DNA from: an uncultured bacterium
GTDB lineage: Bacteria > Patescibacteriota > Minisyncoccia > UBA6257 > 2-01-FULL-56-20
Direction: 5' to 3'
Assembly: GCA_963719425.1 (NCBI GenBank)
Contig: OY970382.1
Location: 201,888 to 242,861 of the forward strand
DNA: 40,974 bases
This document shows, one piece after another, positions 1 to 9,725 of this stretch. Below the pieces are notes generated by a model that was given only the letters and a program-made list of their open reading frames with translations, was not told where the DNA came from and did not search any database. Position 1 is the stretch's first letter. The number at the start of each line of letters is the position of its first letter. The translations under genes were made by a program, and so were the position numbers.

Positions 1-627
1 GTGCAGAGAGACGTGGTTATTACGCATACGGCGTACACCACCCCGACAGCGATCTTCAAAATGCTGGAGAATGGTGTGGGATATCTGAAGATCTATTCCT
101 TCGACCCCCCGCTCACTGCAGACTTTGCGGCGATCGAGTCCACGCTTCGGAATGACGGCACGAAAAAACTTGTAATCGACCTTCGCAATAATCCCGGTGG
201 GGATGTTGACACAACGGTAGGGATCCTAAACAAATTTATCGACCAAGGCACTCTCTTTTCGGAACGGATTGGTTTATCGAAGCCGGTTACCTACCATTCA
301 GCGGGAAACGCGGTGTTCAAGGATGTAAAGCTCGCGGTGCTTGTGAACGGCTTTACGGCGAGCGCCGCGGAGCTTTTCGCCGTTGCGGCGCAAGAGGATC
401 ATCGGGGTATGCTCGTGGGCGCGACGACGACAGGCAAGGCGACGGAGCAGTCCTACTTCGAACTCGGCGACGGGTCGGCGATCCATATCACGGACGGCAG
501 GTGGTTCGCTCCGAACGGCGAATGGACCGACGGGAAAGGGGTCGCGCCCGATGTTCAGGTATCCGACGACGGTGGCGCGGTCGATAAGTCCCTTCAAACG
601 GCGATCGAGCTTTTGCAGAATATATGA
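1..627 (+). CDS. S41-family C-terminal processing peptidase (5'-partial)
   Basis: IDLRNNPGG, catalytic Ser motif TASAAE, Lys in TTGK, G(V)APD C-terminal motif; runs off the window edge. Confidence 0.88.
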   Translation: MQRDVVITHTAYTTPTAIFKMLENGVGYLKIYSFDPPLTADFAAIESTLRNDGTKKLVIDLRNNPGGDVDTTVGILNKFIDQGTLFSERIGLSKPVTYHSAGNAVFKDVKLAVLVNGFTASAAELFAVAAQEDHRGMLVGATTTGKATEQSYFELGDGSAIHITDGRWFAPNGEWTDGKGVAPDVQVSDDGGAVDKSLQTAIELLQNI

Positions 628-644
628 GCGGAAATGTAAATCCT

Positions 645-1664
645 ATGGCTAAAATTTCACTTGGGATCGTGGGGCTTCCGAACGTGGGGAAATCAACGCT
701 GTTCAAGGTTTTGACGAAGCAGGACATTGTGATCGCGAATTATCCGTTCGCGACGATTGATCCGAATGTGGGCGTCGTTGCGGTTCCCGACGAGCGGCTG
801 GAGAAACTGAACGTGTTGTCAAAATCAAAAAAGAAGATTCCGGCGGTGGTGGAATTCTACGATATCGCAGGGCTCGTGAAGGGTGCCTACAAGGGCGAGG
901 GGCTCGGTAATCAATTCCTTTCGCACATCCGCGAGACGCAGGCGATCGTCACGGTGCTCCGCGTGTTCCCCGACCCAGAGATCATTCATGTGGAAAATTC
1001 CGTGGACCCTCTGCGCGATTTGGAAATCATCAATTCGGAGTTGATGCTGAAGGATTTGGAAACGGTGGAAAAGCGGCTCACGAAAGCGGAGGCCGAGGCG
1101 CGGGCTGGGAAAAAGGAAGCGGCGCAAGACAAAGCACTTCTCGCGCGCCTTAAAAAATGCCTGGAGGAGGGGCAACTGCCGATCGGCGACGCGCCGCTTG
1201 TGCATGACCTTCACACCGATGGCCGCCTGAATGACCTCAACCTTTTGACATTGAAGCGCCAGATCTATCTTTTGAACGGCAAGGAGGGCGACGTGCCACA
1301 GGAGCTCGTCGCAAAAATAAAATCGCTCGGCGCCGATTATCTCATCGCCGATCTCGCAGGCACGGAAGCAGTGCCGGAGCTTATCAAGAAAGCGTACGAA
1401 GTGCTCGGCCTCGTGAGCTTTTTCACAACCGGAGAGGACGAGACGCGCGCGTGGACGATCGTACACGGTACGAAGGCGCCGCAGGCCGCGGGCGTCATCC
1501 ACACCGATTTTGAAGAGAAATTTATCCGGCTTGAGGTGGTAAGCTATGATAAGCTGATGGAAGCCGGCGGTTGGAACCAAGCGAAGCAAAAAGGATGGAT
1601 ACGGATAGAGGGGAAGGAATATGAAGTGAAAAACGGCGACGTGCTTGTTGTCCGCCATGGGTAG
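645..1664 (+). CDS. ychF: Redox-regulated ribosome-binding ATPase YchF
   Basis: GIVGLPNVGKST, ANYPFATIDPN, DIAGLV and C-terminal TGS (IEGKEYEVKNGDV); ATG at 645 chosen over 624. Confidence 0.95.
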   Translation: MAKISLGIVGLPNVGKSTLFKVLTKQDIVIANYPFATIDPNVGVVAVPDERLEKLNVLSKSKKKIPAVVEFYDIAGLVKGAYKGEGLGNQFLSHIRETQAIVTVLRVFPDPEIIHVENSVDPLRDLEIINSELMLKDLETVEKRLTKAEAEARAGKKEAAQDKALLARLKKCLEEGQLPIGDAPLVHDLHTDGRLNDLNLLTLKRQIYLLNGKEGDVPQELVAKIKSLGADYLIADLAGTEAVPELIKKAYEVLGLVSFFTTGEDETRAWTIVHGTKAPQAAGVIHTDFEEKFIRLEVVSYDKLMEAGGWNQAKQKGWIRIEGKEYEVKNGDVLVVRHG

Positions 1665-1686
1665 GACCGTGCCATAAGAAGTTTTT

Positions 1687-1731
1687 GGGCCACACGCCTT
1701 GCACGTTCTTCGCGCATTGTGCGTGTGGCCC
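1687..1731. repeat. 11-bp perfect inverted repeat between convergent genes
   Basis: GGGCCACACGC (1687-1697) and GCGTGTGGCCC (1721-1731), 23-nt loop; no U-tract after the stem on either strand. Confidence 0.5.
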
Positions 1732-1756
1732 TGCAGGACAGGAGACAGCAGCAGAC

Positions 1757-1996
1757 TTATTTTGGGAAGTGGAACGATCTTTGCCACCTCCTTTCTCTCG
1801 CGTGCCGGCCTGCCTTGACACCACCACGAACACCAAGGCGGCTGCAGATTTCGTGAAGTAAGAGGGGGCGCTGAACCGGGTCAAACACCCCATACGCGTC
1901 GAGCACCTTATAAGCCGCATCCGGGAGCGGGACGCCGGCGCGGCGTAAATCGGCGGTTGCCTTAATAAGACTGTCTAGGAGGGTAGGGCGCGGCAT
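1757..1996 (-). CDS. Hypothetical 79-aa protein
   Basis: Fills the ychF-recR gap; strong SD AGAAAGGAGG 4 nt before the ATG; no recognised motif. Confidence 0.55.
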   Translation of the reverse strand: MPRPTLLDSLIKATADLRRAGVPLPDAAYKVLDAYGVFDPVQRPLLLHEICSRLGVRGGVKAGRHARERRWQRSFHFPK

Positions 1997-2083
1997 AGCG
2001 CCTCCTTTCTGGTTGCTGCCCTTTGGGGTAGAAGAACCAGCCTAATCGTTGCACAAAGCTGCCCTGGAATCAAGATGGAAAGT

Positions 2084-2698
2084 TCAAGAGCGTTTCTCGA
2101 GGGCGCTTCTGAGCGTTTCGTCGTCGGCGAATTCTATTTCTCCGCCTGTAGGTAATCCGCGCCCGAGGCGACTTAGCTTTTTTGTAATCGGCGCGAGTTC
2201 TTTCGTAAGCAGCGACGCTTGGAGATTGCCGAGCGAGGTGGGATTGAAGGCGAGGATAATTTCATCGGCCTTGCCGCCAAGGCCGGCGGCCAAGGGCTTT
2301 TCAATAAAGCTTTTCAAACTTTGGAGGCGCAGCTTTTGCCAGTCCTCTAGGAATCCGGTCTTTGGAATTTCGCCAATAACGAAATAGCGCCCAGCGAACT
2401 TGCCGGTATTTTCCAGAGAAATGAGATCGGTTTCTTTTTCCACGATCATGATGATGTTCTGCGCGCGGTGGGGATTTTTACAGATATCGCAGAGCGCGCC
2501 GTCGTTTTGATGGATGAAAAAGCAGCGTTCGCAGATTTTTATGTCTCCGAGTTCGGCAATGCTCGTCGCAAGACCGCGGATATTTTGCTTCCCTTCGTTA
2601 ATTAAGTGGAACGCGAGCCGGATCGCCTGGCGTGGCCCGATGGAGGGAAGCTCGGAAAGCTCGTCAACGACTTTTTGGATCGGCGCGGGGAGCTTCAT
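2084..2698 (-). CDS. recR: Recombination mediator RecR
   Basis: HhH LPSIGPRQA, C4 zinc finger CERC..CDIC, TOPRIM, RGLPTGGEIEFAD. Confidence 0.95.
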   Translation of the reverse strand: MKLPAPIQKVVDELSELPSIGPRQAIRLAFHLINEGKQNIRGLATSIAELGDIKICERCFFIHQNDGALCDICKNPHRAQNIIMIVEKETDLISLENTGKFAGRYFVIGEIPKTGFLEDWQKLRLQSLKSFIEKPLAAGLGGKADEIILAFNPTSLGNLQASLLTKELAPITKKLSRLGRGLPTGGEIEFADDETLRSALEKRS

Positions 2699-2776
2699 GC
2701 AGAAATTGTAGCACGATTTCGGCGCGATGTGGCGTGTGGTAGCGCGGGGACGGGACTCTGCGATTCTTCTGTGATT

Positions 2777-4174
2777 CTACAACGCCGGAAGTTCGCTGTA
2801 CCGCTTTTCAACGCTCCTAAAGGTAACCCGTTCCGGATCAAAGGCGACCTCCACCTCGCCGATGGGGCCGTTCCTGTGTTTTGCGATGAGAATCTGCGTG
2901 ACGTTCTGGGTATCGCCACTCCCGCTGCTCGCATTGCCTTCGCCACCGATGTCAAACGTTTCGGCACTGCGGTCCTTGTGGTAGAGGAACATCACGATGT
3001 CAGCATCTTGCTCCAAGCTGCCACTTTCTCTTAAATCGGAGAGGCGCGGCACCTTGCGGTCGCGCTGCTCCACGCCGCGAGAAAGCTGCGATATGGCGAG
3101 CACGGGCACTTTGAGTTCGCGTGCGAGTGCCTTCAGGCCGTGCGAGATCTCCGTAACCTGCTGCACCATGTTGTCGGAGTTCGTGCGCGGGCGGATGAGC
3201 TGGAGATAATCCGCGATTAGGAGATCTAATCCGTGCTCCACTTGCAACCGCCGCGCCATAGAGCGCATCTGCATGATATTTAGGGACGGCGTGTCATCAA
3301 TGAAGAGCTTTGCTCCGGAAAGGCGATCCAGCGCCTGCTGGATCATGCCGAATTCCATATCGCTCTTGATGCGGCCAGTGAGGATATTCCAGAGCGGCAC
3401 CTGTGATTCCGCAGAAATGATACGGTCAATGACCTGCTCGCGCGACATCTCAAGCGAGAAAACGCCAATGGTATGGCCCGCAAGCGTGGCATTCCGCGCA
3501 ATATCCAACGCGAATGCGGTCTTTCCAGATGATGGCCGCCCGCCGAGAATGATGAGATCGGATTTTTGCAAACCAGACAGTTTGTTATCAAGTGCGGTGA
3601 AACCGGTGGGAACCCCGCGGAGCTTGTCGCCACCCTCATGGAGCTTCGCCATACGCTCCGCAGCGTTTTTCAATTCGTCTCTTACGGCGATGAAATTCTG
3701 CGGAGTGGATCTTTGCGAAATGGACAAAATCTTCTGTTCAATATTGTCCATCAGGTCTTCAAGCTCCTGCGTTGACCCGAACGCATCCTCCGTGATTTCG
3801 GCGGATGCTTTGATGAGATCGCGCAGCACCTTTTTTTCTTTCACGATGCCCGCGTAATGCTGTACGTGCGAGGCCGTCGTTACCTGGTTCGTGAGGTCCG
3901 CGAGATAGCTTGAGCCGCCAATCTGCGCGAGCGAGTCCCTTTCTTTGAGGTAGTTCGTCACGCTCAAAACATCAATCGGCTGCCGCTTTTCATAGAGCGC
4001 GAGAATCGCTTCGTAGATCTTTTCATGGGCAGGCGAATAAAAATCCTCTGGCACGATTATGTCCGCCACGCGGAAGATCGCGTTCTTATCTATCAGAATA
4101 CTTCCCAAAACCGCCTGTTCGGCTTCAAGGTTCTGCGGCGGGATTTTTAGTTGTGATTTTTTTGTTGCGGCCAT
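2777..4174 (-). CDS. dnaB: Replicative DNA helicase DnaB
   Basis: PPQNLEAEQAVLG, Walker A GRPSSGKT, DYLQL, SQLSR, LSDLRESGSLEQDAD; no intein. Confidence 0.96.
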   Translation of the reverse strand: MAATKKSQLKIPPQNLEAEQAVLGSILIDKNAIFRVADIIVPEDFYSPAHEKIYEAILALYEKRQPIDVLSVTNYLKERDSLAQIGGSSYLADLTNQVTTASHVQHYAGIVKEKKVLRDLIKASAEITEDAFGSTQELEDLMDNIEQKILSISQRSTPQNFIAVRDELKNAAERMAKLHEGGDKLRGVPTGFTALDNKLSGLQKSDLIILGGRPSSGKTAFALDIARNATLAGHTIGVFSLEMSREQVIDRIISAESQVPLWNILTGRIKSDMEFGMIQQALDRLSGAKLFIDDTPSLNIMQMRSMARRLQVEHGLDLLIADYLQLIRPRTNSDNMVQQVTEISHGLKALARELKVPVLAISQLSRGVEQRDRKVPRLSDLRESGSLEQDADIVMFLYHKDRSAETFDIGGEGNASSGSGDTQNVTQILIAKHRNGPIGEVEVAFDPERVTFRSVEKRYSELPAL

Positions 4175-5562
4175 AGGAAGGGTCCTTGTGGGGTATCCTC
4201 AACCTCATATCCTAGGCCGTTTATCTCTTTCCGCAAGCGGTCCGCCTGCTCAAACTGTTTATTATCTCTGGATTGCTCGCGCTCTTCGGCGAGTTTAGTG
4301 ATATTTTCTGGGACCTCTGGGGTTTTGAAGAAAAAACCAAGAGATTGCAGCTTGCTATTGAAATATTTGAAGTGGACTATGGCGTCGTGATGAGGCATAC
4401 CGTTTCGCATCAGCGGTTGAAATTCTAAAATTTGTTTGAATAATTCCGCAACGGCGGCGGCAGAATTTATATCATCTTCCAACGCGGTCCGAAATTGTTG
4501 GTCCGCTTCGTAAACAATTTTCTGATCTAGGTCCAAATGTCGAGATTCGCGCGATGCCCCACGACTTAAAATTTCAAGTTTTGCCAAGAATCGTTTTACG
4601 TTTTCAATCGTCGCTTCGGCTTGTTTGGCTAGGTCCTCCGAGTAATCGATAGGGGAACGATAGTGATGGGTCAACATGATGAGTTTCAAAACATCCGGCG
4701 AGTATTTTTTCAAGAAATCGCGAATGGTGATAAAGTTGCCCAAGCTCTTGGACATTTTTTTTCCCTCCGCGAGCAGCGCGCCGGTGTGCATCCAGATTCG
4801 CACGAAGGGCTTTTTCCCCGACGCGGATTCCTGTTGCGCGATCTCCGCTTCGTGATGGGGGAATTTCAGATCAACGCCGCCGCCGTGTATGTCGTATTGC
4901 GGTCCGAAATAGAAGTCAGCGATAGCGGTATCTTCAATGTGCCATCCGGGCCGTCCATTCCCGATCGCAGAGGGCCAGGCAGGCTCGCCGGGCTTTGAGA
5001 ATTTCCAGAGACAAAAATCACCCTTGTTTTTTTTGCCGACCGCCTCGTCAATGCGCGAGACGGCATCTTCCGCCTGCAGCGCGGTGCGGCCGGAGAGCTT
5101 CCCGTAATCGGGGAATTTTGCAATGTCAAAGTACCATCCGTCGCCGTCAATTTTGTACGCGCAACCCTTTTCAATGAGCCGCGCCACCTGCGCTACGATC
5201 TGCGTGATGAACTTCGTGGCAGGCGCATATTCGGTCACCGCATCCACGCCGAGCGCATTCATGTCTTCCCGATATGCTTCCGTGAAAAACTTGGCGAGCT
5301 CCTCGGGTTTTTTGTTCTCTTCCGCTGCACGCTTGATGATTTTATCGTCAATGTCCGTGACGTTTTGGAGGTAAAAAACGTCATATCCCTGCGACCGGAG
5401 ATATTTCGCGAAAAAATCAAAAAAAATGTAAGTTCGCGCGTGACCGATGTGCGCGTAATCGTAGACCGTCGGACCGCACACAAAGAACCGTATTTTTTTC
5501 TGGGCGCGCGGATCCGCCAACTCTTCTTTCTTCCGCGTGAGCGTATTATAGATCCTGATCAT
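4147..5562 (-). CDS. cysS: Cysteine--tRNA ligase
   Basis: CGPTVYDYAHIGHAR, GRPGWHIE, HGGGVDLKFPHHEAEIAQ, KMSKSLGN; overlaps dnaB start by 28 nt. Confidence 0.96.
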   Translation of the reverse strand: MIRIYNTLTRKKEELADPRAQKKIRFFVCGPTVYDYAHIGHARTYIFFDFFAKYLRSQGYDVFYLQNVTDIDDKIIKRAAEENKKPEELAKFFTEAYREDMNALGVDAVTEYAPATKFITQIVAQVARLIEKGCAYKIDGDGWYFDIAKFPDYGKLSGRTALQAEDAVSRIDEAVGKKNKGDFCLWKFSKPGEPAWPSAIGNGRPGWHIEDTAIADFYFGPQYDIHGGGVDLKFPHHEAEIAQQESASGKKPFVRIWMHTGALLAEGKKMSKSLGNFITIRDFLKKYSPDVLKLIMLTHHYRSPIDYSEDLAKQAEATIENVKRFLAKLEILSRGASRESRHLDLDQKIVYEADQQFRTALEDDINSAAAVAELFKQILEFQPLMRNGMPHHDAIVHFKYFNSKLQSLGFFFKTPEVPENITKLAEEREQSRDNKQFEQADRLRKEINGLGYEVEDTPQGPFLWPQQKNHN

Positions 5563-5574
5563 GGAGCGCCTGCG

Positions 5575-6456
5575 TTAAAACCATCCCTTGCGTTTGAAAT
5601 AGATCGCCATCACGATCATCGCGGCGGCCATGACGCCGGCCACGATCCAAAAGGCGCCCGGGAGACCTATGATGGGGGTGTCTTGCGTCCTCATGCTGAA
5701 GAGTCCGGCGAGGAGCACGAAGGGGAAGGTGAGGAACGAGAGCGCGGTGAATGTTTTCATCACGTTTGAAATTTTCAGATTCATCAGTTGGTTGTTGGTC
5801 TCCTCAAAATCAACGATAGTCTCGCGGTAGTCCTCCAGCTGGTTCACCACTTTCAGTTGGTCCCCGATGAGGTCGTTCAGGTATATTTCCGCATCGTCTC
5901 CCCAGAACTTTTTTCCTTTGGCAAGGAGTGAGCGGAGGATCGGCTCCTGAAGGCGCACGACGATGCGGTATTCCGACACGTCGCGCTTCAGGTACATGAT
6001 GCGGGCGAGGATTTCCTGCTCCTTCCCTTTGAAGATGTTCCGGCCGACACCTTCCACTTTTTCCCGGATGTGGCGCAGTTGCCGTTCTTCATAGGCGATC
6101 AGGTGCTCCACGATATGGCACATGAGCTCAAGAGAATTTTTTTCGTGCCGCACCGCAAAGTGATCCAGTGCTTCCGTGATTGGTTCGTAATGGACGGTAG
6201 CGACGGTATCCTTTGCGACAATGAAATCTATTTCCGTCCGCACCGATGTTTCATCATCTATATCGTACTTCGGGAAATAATAGACGAAGAAGAGATAGTC
6301 CTTATAAACCTCCGCGTGCGCCCGTGCGGAGGGGCCCTTGAGCTCCTCCACGATTACCGGGTGCAATCCGAACTTCTTCTTGAGCCATGCAAGGTCGCTT
6401 CTCGTTGGCCGTGCGATGTCGATCCATGCCACGCATTTGTTCCGCTCGGTATCCAT
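5575..6456 (-). CDS. CorA-family Mg2+/Co2+ transporter
   Basis: WIDI...GLHP N-terminus, NxVMKxFT, two C-terminal TM helices; FSMR in place of the canonical GMN. Confidence 0.85.
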   Translation of the reverse strand: MDTERNKCVAWIDIARPTRSDLAWLKKKFGLHPVIVEELKGPSARAHAEVYKDYLFFVYYFPKYDIDDETSVRTEIDFIVAKDTVATVHYEPITEALDHFAVRHEKNSLELMCHIVEHLIAYEERQLRHIREKVEGVGRNIFKGKEQEILARIMYLKRDVSEYRIVVRLQEPILRSLLAKGKKFWGDDAEIYLNDLIGDQLKVVNQLEDYRETIVDFEETNNQLMNLKISNVMKTFTALSFLTFPFVLLAGLFSMRTQDTPIIGLPGAFWIVAGVMAAAMIVMAIYFKRKGWF

Positions 6457-6463
6457 TGAAAAT

Positions 6464-6472
6464 ATTGTACCA
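6464..6472 (-). promoter_or_regulatory. Extended -10 promoter of corA-like gene
   Basis: Minus strand TGGTACAAT, 7 nt before the ATG at 6456. Confidence 0.55.
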
Positions 6473-6483
6473 TACCGCGCGTA

Positions 6484-6510
6484 TTAGCACTCTCTTGACA
6501 TGATTGCTAA
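6484..6510. promoter_or_regulatory. CIRCE operator (HrcA site)
   Basis: TTAGCACTC-N9-GATTGCTAA; one mismatch to the TTAGCACTC-N9-GAGTGCTAA consensus; directly upstream of hrcA. Confidence 0.92.
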
Positions 6511-6522
6511 TCGCGCTATAAT
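6495..6522 (+). promoter_or_regulatory. Sigma70 promoter of the hrcA-grpE-dnaK operon
   Basis: TTGACA-16-TATAAT; -35 lies inside the CIRCE spacer; ATG 7 nt downstream. Confidence 0.85.
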
Positions 6523-6529
6523 GGCCTGT

Positions 6530-7201
6530 ATGAACGAGCGGACGTTGCAAATCCTTGAGGCAGCGGTGCAGGGCTTCATTGCGACGGGGGAGCCCGTGAG
6601 TTCGGGTTGGCTTTTTGACCATTACGATTTCGGTATCAAGCCGGCGATGATCCGTTTAGAGCTTGACGCCCTGGAGGACGCGGGATATTTGGAACAGCCG
6701 CATCATTCGGCCGGACGCGTGCCGACAGATGTGGGCTACGAATTTTTCGCAAAGCGGCTTTTGGGCACCGTTCCGGAATCGCGCGAACCGACACTGGCTG
6801 AACTTTTTGAGGAGCGCGCCTGGCCGGATCTTTTGGGTCATCTTTCTGCGGAATTGCGGCTCATGAGCGTAGCCGCGGACCCTGCGCACGAAGCGGTGTA
6901 TAAGACCGGCCTTGAGGAACTTGTGGATTGCCTGGATTGGGAAAACCGCGACGAGATCCGCTCGGTGATTCGCGATTTTGAAGATGTGGATGAGCGTCTG
7001 CCGCGGGCGGCGGAGAAAGTTGGCCCGGCGGGCGAAGCGCCGAAGGTTTTCATCGGCAGGAAGAGCCCGCTCACGAAAAGTGAGAACCTTTCCGTGATCG
7101 GCGGGAATTACCGCGTGGGCGGTACCACCATTTCCATTTTTGCCATCGGCCCGAAGCGGATGGATTATAAAAAGGTCATACGGATTTTTAAAAGTTTATA
7201 A
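6530..7201 (+). CDS. hrcA: Heat-inducible transcription repressor HrcA (short form)
   Basis: wHTH ERTLQILEAAV..GEPVSS..PAMIR..LEDAGYLEQPHHSAGRVPTDxGY, C-terminal GPKRMDY; upstream of grpE-dnaK. Confidence 0.92.
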   Translation: MNERTLQILEAAVQGFIATGEPVSSGWLFDHYDFGIKPAMIRLELDALEDAGYLEQPHHSAGRVPTDVGYEFFAKRLLGTVPESREPTLAELFEERAWPDLLGHLSAELRLMSVAADPAHEAVYKTGLEELVDCLDWENRDEIRSVIRDFEDVDERLPRAAEKVGPAGEAPKVFIGRKSPLTKSENLSVIGGNYRVGGTTISIFAIGPKRMDYKKVIRIFKSL

Positions 7202-7210
7202 TATATAACC

Positions 7211-7777
7211 ATGGCGGAGGAAGCGCAAAAAAACGGGAATCAGAATGGCACCGCGGAGCCGAGTACGGCGGAGCAGGCGGAAGAGATAACGCAAGCACCG
7301 AAAGCGGCGCCGAGCGAGATTGACGATTTGAAAAAGAAGCTCGCCGAGGCGGAAAAGCAGCGCGACGAATATCTTGCGGGCTGGCAACGGGCGAAGGCGG
7401 ACTTCATCAATTACAAAAAAGAGGAATTCGCGCATCTGGAAGAAGTGGCGCGCTACGGGAGCGAGGATTTGATCGGGGACCTGATTACGGTGCTTGATAA
7501 TTTTGATCTTGGGCTGCGGGCGCTTGAAAAGAAGGGTGCCGTAGAAAAGGGAGTTTACCTCATCCGGTCACAGATAGAAGATATTTTAAAAAAACGCGGA
7601 CTTACAAAGATAATCATTAAGCCGGGCGACCCATTTGACCCCGCCGTTGCCGAAGCGATGACCGAAGTAGAATCAGAACAATCGCCCGGAACGGTCGTGG
7701 AAGAGATAGAGCCCGGATACAAATTACATGACAAGATATTGCGGGCCGCGCGCGTCATTATAGCAAAAGGTACATAA
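7211..7777 (+). CDS. grpE: Nucleotide exchange factor GrpE
   Basis: QRAKADFINYKK, FDPAVAEA, GYKLHDKILRAARV. Confidence 0.95.
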   Translation: MAEEAQKNGNQNGTAEPSTAEQAEEITQAPKAAPSEIDDLKKKLAEAEKQRDEYLAGWQRAKADFINYKKEEFAHLEEVARYGSEDLIGDLITVLDNFDLGLRALEKKGAVEKGVYLIRSQIEDILKKRGLTKIIIKPGDPFDPAVAEAMTEVESEQSPGTVVEEIEPGYKLHDKILRAARVIIAKGT

Positions 7778-7819
7778 AACCAGTCGAAAATAAAAATTAA
7801 ATAATTTTAAACAAAAAGT

Positions 7820-9706
7820 ATGGCAAAAATTTTGGGAATTGATTTGGGGACAACGAACTCTGCGGTCGCGGTGACCGAGGGCGGCGAGCCGCGCATTTTG
7901 GAGAACACGGAAGGGAACCGCACGACGCCCTCCATCGTCGCGATGTCAAAATCAAACGAGCGATTGGTGGGATTGCTCGCGAAGCGGCAATCGGTAACAA
8001 ATCCGAAGAACACTATTTTTTCGGTGAAGCGGTTGATGGGACGGAAATTTACCGATCCCGAGGTGCAGCGGGATAAGGCGTGGCTTCCGTACGATATCCA
8101 GGCGAGTGCGACCGGCGGCGTGGAAGTGAAAATGGGCGACAAGTGGTATTCGCCGGAAGAGATCTCTGCATTTATCCTTGGCAAATTGAAAGCCGACGCG
8201 GAAGCGAAGCTTGGCGAGAAGGCGGAAGAGGCCGTGATCACGGTGCCGGCGTATTTTGACGACTCGCAGCGGCAGGCGACAAAGAACGCAGGCGAGATTG
8301 CGGGCCTCAAGGTGCGCCGCATCATCAACGAACCGACGGCGGCGGCACTCGCATACGGCTTGAACAAGCAGAAAAGCGAAAAGATCGTCGTCTACGACTT
8401 CGGCGGCGGGACGTTTGATATTTCCGTGCTTGAGGTGGGCGACGATGTCGTGGAGGTGAAAGCGACCGGCGGTGACACGCACTTGGGCGGCGACGATTTT
8501 GATAAAGAAATTCAGCAATATCTCGTTGCGGAATATAGGAAGCAGGAGGGGATTGATATCTCCAAAGATCCGCTCGCGCTCCAGCGCTTGAAGGAGGCGG
8601 CGGAGAAGGCGAAGCATGAACTTTCCACGGTAATGGAAACGGAAATTAACTTGCCGTACATTTCGTCCGATGCCAATGGCCCGAAGCATTTCCTGATGAA
8701 ACTTTCGCGCGCGAAACTGGAATCGCTCGTGCAGAAGTACATTGACCGGTCCATCCAGTTGACAAATGAGACCGTCACATCGCCCGCGCCGAAGGGCGCC
8801 GGATTCAAAATGGGGGACATCAACGAAGTGATCCTTGTTGGTGGCCAGACGCGGATGCCCGCAATGCAGGAAGCCGTCAAAAAACTGTTCGGAAAGGACC
8901 CGCACCAAGGTATCAATCCTGACGAAGTGGTGGCGGCCGGCGCCGCGGTACAGGCGGGCATTCTGCAGGGCGACGTGAAAGATATTTTACTCTTGGACGT
9001 GACGCCACTCACGCTTGCAATTGAAACGTACGGTGCGGTCGCGACGCCAATGATCCAAAAGAACACGACGGTGCCGACCGCGAAGACGCAGATTTTTAGC
9101 ACCGCTGCGGATAATCAGACATCCGTGGAAGTGCATGTGGTTCAGGGAGAACGCCCGATGGCGGGGGACAACAAAACACTCGCGCGCTTCATGTTGGATG
9201 GAATACCACCCTCACCGCGCGGCATGCCGCAGATTGAGGTCACGTTTGACATTGACGCAAATGGGATACTGAATGTTTCTGCGAAGGACAAAGCGACCAG
9301 CAAGATACAGTCGGTGAAGATCCAGGCGTCCACGAACCTTTCTAAGGACGAAATTGAAAAATTGAGAAAGGAAGCCGCCGAGCACGCGGCCGAGGATGCC
9401 AAAAAGAAGGAATTGGTGGAAGCGCGCAACCAGGCCGAATCGCTCATTTATACGACAGAAAAAGCCATGAAGGATGCCGGCGAAAAATTGCCTGCTGATG
9501 TGAAGAGCGGTGTGACGGAAAAATTGGAAGCGTTGAAGAAAGTGAAAGACGGGGAAGATATTGCGGCGATCCAATCGGCCACGGCGTCGCTTTCGGCCGA
9601 GATTCAAAAAATCGGCCAGGCGTTCTATAATAAGAATGATGGAACTCAATCCGGCGACACTCACGGGACCGAGAACCCAGAGCCAAAACCTAATCAACCC
9701 CGCTAA
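7820..9706 (+). CDS. dnaK: Chaperone DnaK
   Basis: [41 protein letters not shown]. Confidence 0.98.
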   Translation: MAKILGIDLGTTNSAVAVTEGGEPRILENTEGNRTTPSIVAMSKSNERLVGLLAKRQSVTNPKNTIFSVKRLMGRKFTDPEVQRDKAWLPYDIQASATGGVEVKMGDKWYSPEEISAFILGKLKADAEAKLGEKAEEAVITVPAYFDDSQRQATKNAGEIAGLKVRRIINEPTAAALAYGLNKQKSEKIVVYDFGGGTFDISVLEVGDDVVEVKATGGDTHLGGDDFDKEIQQYLVAEYRKQEGIDISKDPLALQRLKEAAEKAKHELSTVMETEINLPYISSDANGPKHFLMKLSRAKLESLVQKYIDRSIQLTNETVTSPAPKGAGFKMGDINEVILVGGQTRMPAMQEAVKKLFGKDPHQGINPDEVVAAGAAVQAGILQGDVKDILLLDVTPLTLAIETYGAVATPMIQKNTTVPTAKTQIFSTAADNQTSVEVHVVQGERPMAGDNKTLARFMLDGIPPSPRGMPQIEVTFDIDANGILNVSAKDKATSKIQSVKIQASTNLSKDEIEKLRKEAAEHAAEDAKKKELVEARNQAESLIYTTEKAMKDAGEKLPADVKSGVTEKLEALKKVKDGEDIAAIQSATASLSAEIQKIGQAFYNKNDGTQSGDTHGTENPEPKPNQPR

Positions 9707-9725
9707 GATACTGCCCTCTGCGGAG

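Noticed and set aside
4147-4174. cysS/dnaB 28-nt overlap as a frameshift or fusion
   Set aside because: Both proteins are complete; ordinary translational coupling in a compact genome.
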